From: Caecitellus pseudoparvulus
Taxonomy: Eukaryota; Protista; Bigyra: Bicosoecida
Direction: 5' to 3'
Assembly (NCBI GenBank): GCA_965644315.1
Contig: CBFFRQ010000003.1
Coordinates: 1-38,983 of the forward strand
Length of the DNA stretch: 38,983 nucleotides
Part shown: in pieces, positions 31,200 through 38,983 of the stretch
Numbering within the stretch: the stretch's first letter is position 1
Layout: each line of letters starts with the position of its first letter
Program-made: the position numbers and the translations under genes
Notes under the pieces: generated by a model
Seen by the model: only the letters and a program-made list of their open reading frames with translations
The model's database searches: none
What the model was told of the DNA's origin: nothing

Positions 31200-32474
31200 C
31201 TAAGCCCGAGCCAGCCAAGCATTGAAAGACAGGCACAAGCTTGACAGCTGTGGAGAGCACCAGACAGTTTGGGCGACGGTGTCTATGGTGTCCGTGCTCA
31301 GCAACAGAGTCTTGGCTGCCCCATCCAAGCTCAGCACGGCCTGCAACATGGGCAGGTGCGGGTCTGGAGCTCCACCTTCGGCGCCACCGGCCTTGTCAGT
31401 GAACACGCTGCTAATGTGCTGAAGCAACACTTGGGTGAGGTGCTCACAGCTGTCTGTGAAGGCTACGTGGAAATCTGGCGAGTCCATGCAGTCCAGCAGG
31501 GCATCCAAGACAGCAGCGGCACCTTCCGGAGGCGCCTTGGCTTCCCGACCCGCCTGGCTCGCACTGCCCACACACTCCTGCCCCGTCGTGCCCTGTGACA
31601 ACAAGGCTCCCAAGGCAGCATTTGGGGTGGCACTGCGCTGCGCCTCCAGGCTGTTCGCACTGCGCTGATTCTGTCCTGGAAACTCAAGACGCTTCCGGAG
31701 AGCCCGGAGCGCTGCCTCTACATCATGCGCTGTGAGCATAGGCCGCTCCCCTTCTTGCACGCTCCATGCTTCAGGCTGCTGCGTTTGCAACGAAGCCACT
31801 GTGCCGCCCGCCGCTTGCCGGGAAGCTCTCGCCAAAATTGGCAGCACAGTTGTCTCGAATCGACGCAGAATGCAGCTGTATAGGCAAGCCCGCCATTGAC
31901 TTTGGTCCGCAGATTCTTGGGCTGCTATGGCACACTCAAGCAATGGCAGCAGGCACATGCCCATGCACGCAGCGTGCAAAGACACCACTACATGCCCGAG
32001 CGCTGCAAAGGCACGGGCAACCGGAGTACAAGATGACCCCAAGACAGCTCAGCTCACAGGGCTCCCTGCGGACAAGGCTGTACTCACAATCAGCCTGGAG
32101 GGCCTGGAATGCCTGCTCACGCTGCTTGCCGGGGTGGCTGCTTTTGAGCTGCTTCAGGATGTCCTTCCGCAAAGAGTGTGCCTGCACAGCTGACGCCACA
32201 AACTCAAGAATCCGAGACACCCCTGCTGAACTGCGGTTCCTCGAGTGCAGGACCGCCGCCGATGCCCTGCGGCGCCGAGAGTGGGTCGTAGTTGTGCCGA
32301 GTGCGGAAATTGATCGCAGCCTCACCTTGCCCCTTTCTCCTGCTGCACTTGAAGGCAGGAGTGAGCCGAGGAAAGGATTGCGCCAGCTGATTGATACAAA
32401 CTCAGTGCAATGCCTCCGCCCAGCGCAATACAAGCTGCTGACGCTGCCGCAACTCCAAGGAGGTGTCCTGCCAT
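31200..32474 (-). CDS. PEX3: probable peroxin-3 (~376 aa); exons 32474-32326, 32266-32088, 32002-31200
   Basis: Spliced model (59- and 85-nt introns) gives an N-terminal hydrophobic anchor, then QAFQALQADSLGHVVVSLHAACMGMCLL, LLDCMDSPDF and HLPMLQAV. These parallel PEX3 blocks as I recall them (WEDLKIISF..., D.LESPDF, LPLAK). Length is typical; the sequence is divergent. Confidence 0.62.
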
Positions 32475-32896
32475 GCTGGTGTGGCGTGACAGCTCCTAAA
32501 ATGCTCTGTGACTGCCGCAATGCTCCCGGTGTAGACGGCACTGCAGGACAGCACTCAATCTCGTCGACCTTGCAATGGCAAGCGAATTCTAGTCGCTTCT
32601 GTAAAGTACCTTATGGATGAAGTGGTCGGCCATGCAGTCACCCTGCCGGGGGTACCAAAGAGGAGATCTCTGCACCGGACTGCGTGCGCAGTCGTTGCCT
32701 CAGCAAGCAGCCAGCAGAGAGGACGAGCAATACTCCTACCGTCTGCGCACCGTCTGAAGCGCAGAGGAAGGCCCTATGGTGGTGTTCTGTGCGGGAATTG
32801 CTGGCTCTGACCCCCTCTTGAACCCTGTCAGCCGCGGGTGCAGGCAGGCAACGCACGACTTCCAAGCACTCAACCCCATGGCTGCGTACCAGCAAC

Positions 32897-35092
32897 ATGT
32901 ACAAAACTGACATGTCCAAGTTGCGGTCTCCCCACGGAGACGCTAGGTCAGACTGTTGGATCCTTTTGTCGGCTCCCCCGCACCTTCTGAGAGCGTACGC
33001 CGCGTGCCTATCAGGCTTCATGGCAGCATGCACCCCAGCTGCGGAACTTGCCAGCTGCACGCGAGTCAGAGTGCTCGATGGCCAAAGAGTCCTCTTTTGG
33101 GGCAAGGCGCAATACACAGCTGACAGTTTCGCTATGACAATGCCTCGCGTCTCGACGGTGGACTTTCAAGTATGTGACACTGCGCGTCCCATTCCGCCAG
33201 GTCTGGTCTGGCTGCGGATCGTTGTGGAAGCCGAAACAGCACACGTTCAGCCACTGGCAAGGTCCCTTCTGGGCGATGCCCAGCGCTCCCCAAAGCTCAT
33301 CTTCAGCTCGGGGGCCCAGGGCCCTCAGCTGGTGCTGGCAGCAAGTGTGTCTGGTACACCTGGGCCAGATCACGACACAGTGCAAGACAAAGAGTCTGCC
33401 ATCAGCATTTGGCTGGCCTCTGTGGAGCAGCACCATACATGGCGTGTCAGTAGGAAGCGGCGCCGGCCATCGCCGGACTGTGCTGCATGTGACCAAGGTG
33501 ATGCGGGCGCCGAGCCAGTCTTGCGGGGTGCGCCGCAACGTGACGACGCACCCCCTGCCGTGGCTGTCTTGCGGGACGCAGCTCTCACAGCAGCGTGCAT
33601 GATAGTGGCCAACCAGCTCGTGCGCCATCGGCCCTACTCTGCCCAAACAAAGACAGGCCGGAGTTTGCGCAAGGAGAGTACCCTCACAGGTGTGCAAGGC
33701 ATCGTAGGACGCTGGATCTTCGGGTCGTTCCTGAAACCACAGCGCATGGATTGCTTCTCAACCGATCCTCTCTTGCCCCAATGCCCGCCTGGAGGACACT
33801 CGCCAGATAAGGGAGTCGTGAAGGAGTTTGAGAGGCTTGGCTTACCACCCGACGCCGCTGGCTCTACTGAAAAGCTACTTGCGTTGTCCCTGCATGCCGC
33901 CGCGAAACTGGTATCGAACTTTGCGCTGTCAGTCAAGCTTTCAGATGCGTGGACAGATACTGAGGCGGGATTGCAGGCAATTGGTCCGTCTGGAATCCCA
34001 CTTGAAAGCCCAGGGCCTGCTCAACTGAAAGCAGCCGCATCAAGCACTATCAAGGCAAGCGGAGACGTTGAGGGGTGTGTTCGCTTGGTGTGGACTGCAA
34101 CGGCCACGCATTTTCAAGTACCATGCGAAGGCCTTCCATTGCACGTGGCTAAACCCTTTGACTTGGCATCAAGTGTTTCTGTGACTGATGGGCCGGGGCA
34201 TGCGAGGTGGACGGGTGGTCCGCCGTACCCACCTTCAGCTAGGGGCCAGCCTTTCACTTTTCCATCCACAGTCACATTGGAGTTGCGGGAGTCGCACTAC
34301 GCGAAACTCCTGATACTGTACGCACGTGCCTCCCTCCGTGGTGGATCGCCCAGCGACTCGCAGCTGGCTATCGCTGGGCGGCGCTTGCACACGCGCATGT
34401 TCAATTGCCTCGCAAGGTATGAGACTCTGTCAGGGAACTCCTCTGGTTTCCAAGGAGCTGTGACCCATGCGGTGTTCGACACGCTGTCGGATGCCATGGG
34501 TGCATCGGTGGAAGGCTTCGCGTCGCCGTTGAATTGCTACCTGCCCCAGTTCTGCAGTCTATTTCCAGACGTAGACTGCCACTTTGGAAGCCTTGGCGAC
34601 TTCTTCGGGTGTTCACTCCGAGAGGGTTGCTACGAGGTAAACCCGCCGTTTGTGCACGCGACGCTGGGTGCTGCATGGGACAAAATGCGCACCGCACTGG
34701 AGGCATCGGAGCTGGTCGAGCACTCTGCAGGGGCATTAAGTACAGTGGAAGCCCCCGCTCTTCAGTTCATCTTCATCACACCGGGCTGGGCGGATGCTGG
34801 TTGGGCACAGGAGGCTGCCGCTTCCCCATTCTGCTCGGCTCGCCTGCAACCCGGCCTCGGCGCCCACGAGTACAGGGATGGTGTTCAATGGCGATCACGG
34901 CGCCTTGTCTGGAGCGCCAACACACAGTCGTACTACTTCTTCCTGCAGAACACAGCTGCGAGGCAGAAATACCCCCTGTCCACGCAGTTGCTTCATGTGC
35001 TTGAGTCGCGCCTTCAGGAGTCTGTGGTAGACCAGTCTGTGCCCCTCCTCCAGGAAGTGGGGCTACCAAGATCCAACATGACTCCTGCATGA
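32897..35092 (+). CDS. PCIF1: PCIF1/CAPAM-like cap-specific adenosine N6-methyltransferase domain protein; start uncertain
   Basis: C-terminal half has RMFNCLARYETL, GFQGAV...VF, EGFASPLNCY..FCSLFPDVD.HFGSLGDFF, the catalytic YEVNPPF motif, FIFITPGW and FFLQN. Confidence 0.82.
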   Translation: MYKTDMSKLRSPHGDARSDCWILLSAPPHLLRAYAACLSGFMAACTPAAELASCTRVRVLDGQRVLFWGKAQYTADSFAMTMPRVSTVDFQVCDTARPIPPGLVWLRIVVEAETAHVQPLARSLLGDAQRSPKLIFSSGAQGPQLVLAASVSGTPGPDHDTVQDKESAISIWLASVEQHHTWRVSRKRRRPSPDCAACDQGDAGAEPVLRGAPQRDDAPPAVAVLRDAALTAACMIVANQLVRHRPYSAQTKTGRSLRKESTLTGVQGIVGRWIFGSFLKPQRMDCFSTDPLLPQCPPGGHSPDKGVVKEFERLGLPPDAAGSTEKLLALSLHAAAKLVSNFALSVKLSDAWTDTEAGLQAIGPSGIPLESPGPAQLKAAASSTIKASGDVEGCVRLVWTATATHFQVPCEGLPLHVAKPFDLASSVSVTDGPGHARWTGGPPYPPSARGQPFTFPSTVTLELRESHYAKLLILYARASLRGGSPSDSQLAIAGRRLHTRMFNCLARYETLSGNSSGFQGAVTHAVFDTLSDAMGASVEGFASPLNCYLPQFCSLFPDVDCHFGSLGDFFGCSLREGCYEVNPPFVHATLGAAWDKMRTALEASELVEHSAGALSTVEAPALQFIFITPGWADAGWAQEAAASPFCSARLQPGLGAHEYRDGVQWRSRRLVWSANTQSYYFFLQNTAARQKYPLSTQLLHVLESRLQESVVDQSVPLLQEVGLPRSNMTPA

Positions 35093-35374
35093 AGACCACG
35101 TGGTTGTTGGAGCACGGCCGTTTGAATCCCGTGTAAGGTCATGTGTGATGAAAACCAACGTAGGTTCGCCGGCAGCCGAACGACTGCCGGTACAATGAGC
35201 AAGCAGTGCAAATCACAACCTGCTACATTCAATAAACTCCCAGCGATGTTCATCGGGGTAATTCCCACACTCGCACTGCGACTCGGGCTTTTGTTGCAAA
35301 CGCTGGCTGCTGTCTGTGCTCGGAGACAAGTATCGGCAGGCGCGCACGTTGGATTGGTACTCTGTCTGACCGCC

Positions 35375-38300
35375 ATGCCTCCCAAGCAACTTACACGCAA
35401 GAAGAAACGGCCACGGGTAGGTCATTTGAGATCTGCTTTGGGCCATGGGTGCCTCGGCCATGCTGCAACTCCCTCTTGCGCAGGGGACGAGGCAGCGAGC
35501 CTTGTCTGCCAGCACCACTATGCAATTGCCTCGCCCTAGGGATGCCAGTGGCGAGGCGCTACCCTTCGATTTTACGGCACTGGACCTGAAGCTCGATCAC
35601 GCGAACCGCCCATTTTGGATTCTCCCCAACGGGGTGATCATCCTTGAGGCATTCAACCAGTTCTATGAGCAGGTATGTGGTGCGATTTCCGCAGGAGCAC
35701 TCCACGTCGTACAGTCAGGCACTTGCCTTGCAGGCAAGAGACTTCCTAATTGCAATCTGCGAGCCGAAGCGCCGGCCTGAGTTCTTGCACGAGTATTCCC
35801 TTGACAAGAATGCCCTGTTCGCCGCTGCCTCCATGGGCATGACCGCCGACCTAATCCTCCGAGCTCTGCAAAAGCTCAGCAAGACGCCAGTGCCAAAGAC
35901 TGTGCGCAACTTTGTGCTGCAGTGCACAACTGGCTATGGCAAGGTCAAACTTGTCCTGGAGCGCTCGCGGTACTTTGTGGAGTCAGCGTACCCTGCAGTG
36001 TTGAAGTTACTTGCGCTGCACCCAACCATCGCTGCGGCGCGAGTGCTTCCCTCAGCCACCGAGGCCGACAAGCACGGCTTCCTGACTGCATCCGCCCACG
36101 AAGAACATCAAGAGAGTTTAGGTGTGCGTGGAATCATCAAGGTTGGCTCGGGTGCAGCGGGAGACAGGAGGGCGTGGGCCGCCGACACGGCAGATGGGTT
36201 GCTGTCCTCACGCATGACTGGGGAAGTCGCGGACGATGACAAGGGAGACGAGGAAGAGACTGTGTCAAAGGTGACTCTTGATCCCACAGAGCGTGTTGAT
36301 GAGGATGAGTACAGCGATGGCCGCGGGGAAGACGACAGCGAAGAAGAGGAGGCTTTTGCTGCGAGTCTTTCAGCCTTGCGTGCCGTGACCGGTCGTGCCC
36401 ACGCCTGGTCTGCTCAACAGACCAAGGCAGTTGCTTCCTCAGGGCACAGCATTGCAGGGGATGATTTGGCTGTGGGCGCTGTCCGTATAGACACCCACAC
36501 GTCCAAGCGTGGCCGCCAAGTGGCTGTGCGAGGCAAGCAAAACCTCAGTGGTCTGGACTTGTCCAGCTCCGATGACGAGGAGCCTGCACAGACTAAGAAA
36601 GGAGGCACAACACAAGAAGACGAAGATGTGGTGATTGAGCTTGCAGAGTTGGGAGGTGCCGCTGCTCTCGGAGAGGATGTCGAGGACGAAGATGACGATT
36701 TCGAGCTTGTGGACGAGGCAGAGCTGTCAGAGGGCGGAGTGGACCGCGACTCAGACTACGATGATGACCTGGCGATTGACGAAGGTGAATTGGAGCCCAC
36801 CCCAAAGGTTCCGCGGCGAAAGTCCTCAGTGACTTCTGCTCTTGCGCGCCGCAAAGAAGCCATGGCAGCGGCTGACCCTTTGGCCCTGCTGCCCGCCGCC
36901 GCGAAGAGCACGTGGAAGTCCATGCAGCGGAAAGCCGCCTCCCAGGCCATGAAACCTTTGAAAGGAGCTGCAACCCGTCGTGTGCTTCGATTTGAAGTGG
37001 CCCAGGACTCTGTCGAGGACGTACGGCGAGTCTCTCTAAGCCTGGAGCCGCCGTACCCCATGATGCAAGAGTATGACTTCCGTGCAGATGTTCATGGTGT
37101 TGACAAGCTCGACATTGCCCTTCGGCAACCGGAGCTCCTGCGGCCTTACCAGGCAAAAAGCCTGGCCAAGATGTACGGAAATGGCCGTGCTCGCAGCGGC
37201 ATCATCGTACTGCCATGCGGCGCCGGAAAGACTTTGGTTGGCATCGCTGCGGTTTGCACCATGAAGAAGAGCGCGCTCGTCTTCTGCCCAAACTCAAACA
37301 GTGTCGACCAATGGATTGGCCAGTTCAAGGCATTCACGACTGTCCCCCCTGGACGGTTGATCAAACTCACTGCCAAGCACAAGGAGAAGCTGCCACCGCC
37401 AGGTGAAGGCTGCATCGTGCTCACAACTTACCACATGATCGCTGCTGGTGGCAAGCGAGCTGCAAACACTGCGGCGCTTCTGCAGGACATCCAGGGCCGG
37501 GAGTGGGGCCTGTCCCTGTTGGACGAAGTGCACACGGCTGTGGCTGACAAGTTCAGCCGGGTGCTCAAGCTGCGCAGTCACTGCCGTTTGGGCCTCACGG
37601 CTACACTTGTGCGAGAGGACGGCCGCGACAGGGATCTGAGCTATCTCATTGGGCCGAAATTGTACGAAGCAAACTGGATGGACTTGACTAAGAGGGGGTA
37701 CCTGGCCAACGTGCAGGTTGTGGAGGTCTGGTGCCCCATGGTGCCGCGCTTCTACCGAGAGTACTTAGCAGAAGGATCAGCCGCCAAGCAGAAGGCGCTC
37801 GCAATCATGAATCCGACCAAGTGTTTTGTGCTGCACCGCCTCTTGGAAAAGCACTGCGCACGAGGTGAGACCTTCAGAGCCAAACCTTGCCACGTGCCGC
37901 GCCGCCTCTCGCTGCAACCGCTAGCACCCGCGTCCACGTTCGCCCAATGCCCTACGCAGCTGGCGACAAAGTCATTGTGTTCAGTGAGTCTGTCTTTGCT
38001 GTGGAGCTGTACGCTAAGCGCTTTGGGCACCCTTTCATCACTGGCAGCACCCCTGACCGCGACCGAGCACACATCATTGCTGCTTTTCGAGAGAGCGATG
38101 ATGTGAAAGTACTCTTCTTGACCCGCGTCGGAGATGTAGCTTTGGATGTTCCAGACGCTAACGTTATCATCCAGATCTCCTCCAACTACGGCAGCCGCCT
38201 GCAAGAAGCGCAGCGACTGGGCCGCATCCTTCGCAAGGGACGACAATACCACGCGGCTTCACAGTTCAATGCGTTCTTCTACACCCTCATCTCCACCGAC

Positions 38301-38876
38301 ACAGCAGAGGTGTACTTCTCAGCAAAACGCAGGAGGTACTTGGTGGATCAAGGGTACGCGTACAAGGTGGTGCACCCCGTTTCTGGTGACGGAGCTGGCA
38401 TTGCACGCAGCCAAGCAGAGCTGGAGTCAGGCTGCCCATTCATGACTGCCATCGACGAACAAGAACGGACGTTGCGCGAGCTGCAGGCGCACGACGTTGA
38501 TGCAGAGGAGCGTACCGAGTCGAGGCACATTGCCGCAGCAGCCGAGGATAGTGATGAAGAGCCCACCCTCCGAGGGCGCGCCAGTCTGTCCGCTGCCAGT
38601 CGAGCCCTGGGGCGCTCCATGGCCCAGGTTACCAGTCACGCTGTTGTTCCGTCTGCTTCGCGCGCCATAGGCAGCATGCGCGCGTGGAGCACAGCAGGAG
38701 ATGCTTCGTACATGGAGTACACAAGCACCGACCGCATTGACGCTGCAGCTGCCGCTGAGCAAGAAGCAGCGAGGGCCCGCAAGTCGGCTTTGAAGCAAGC
38801 GGTGGCTGAAGGACAACGGCCTAGCCGCCCCAAGCCAAGGCAGGCACCCTCTTATGCAGACCGACTGCTTCGGTGA
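35375..38876 (+). CDS. ERCC3: TFIIH helicase/translocase XPB (~1092 aa); exons 35375-35416, 35484-35672, 35734-37864, 37960-38876
   Basis: Motifs LKLDHANRPFW, DFLIAICEP..RP..LHEY, YGKVKLVL, EYDFR, LRPYQ, RSGIIVLPCGAGKTL, LLDEVH, LGLTATLVRED, GPKLYEANW, GDKVIVFS, QEAQRLGRILR and FFYTLIS. Introns of 67, 61 and 95 nt. Confidence 0.95.
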
Positions 38877-38983
38877 GGTGCCGGCTTCTTGAAGCGCAGT
38901 TTTAAGCTAAAGTCGGGCGAGAGAGTCGTGTCGTGAGGTGTAAGCTTCGTGAGCGAAGGTACTACAAGCACAAGATCTACCAC

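Noticed and set aside
1-38983. Prokaryotic defence system, CRISPR array, Fanzor/TnpB or endogenous virophage
   Set aside because: No repeat-spacer array, RuvC/zinc-finger pattern, or capsid, pPolB or integrase motifs were recognised; the genes are intron-containing eukaryotic ones

Overview
Eukaryotic, gene-dense, GC-rich protist-type DNA. It is not prokaryotic: genes carry short GT-AG introns, mostly 59-103 nt, often with GTGCGT/GTGAGG donors. A stramenopile-like flagellate is my inference. Recognisable host genes are an RNI-type LRR protein, a CHTOP/FoP-like RGG protein, YjbQ/UPF0047, a kinesin, CPSF73, RPL27, a Tudor/Agenet-domain protein, an AFG3-type m-AAA protease, a probable PEX3, a PCIF1-like cap methyltransferase and XPB, plus several hypothetical genes. 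Two DNA transposons are embedded. (1) A two-gene PIF/Harbinger-type element (about 152-4812) has a DDE transposase, a convergent spliced ~715-aa partner and a candidate 15-bp TIR. (2) A complete, apparently young hAT element (20880-25018) has perfect 22-bp TIRs, an 8-bp TSD (AACACAAT), an intact ~1035-aa transposase and a subterminal array of C-GAA-G mini-hairpins. I found no CRISPR array, rRNA or tRNA. Exon models were derived by eye from splice signals and frame continuity; no database searches were run. The best novelty candidates are the two transposons, and I cannot claim a wholly new system from sequence alone.
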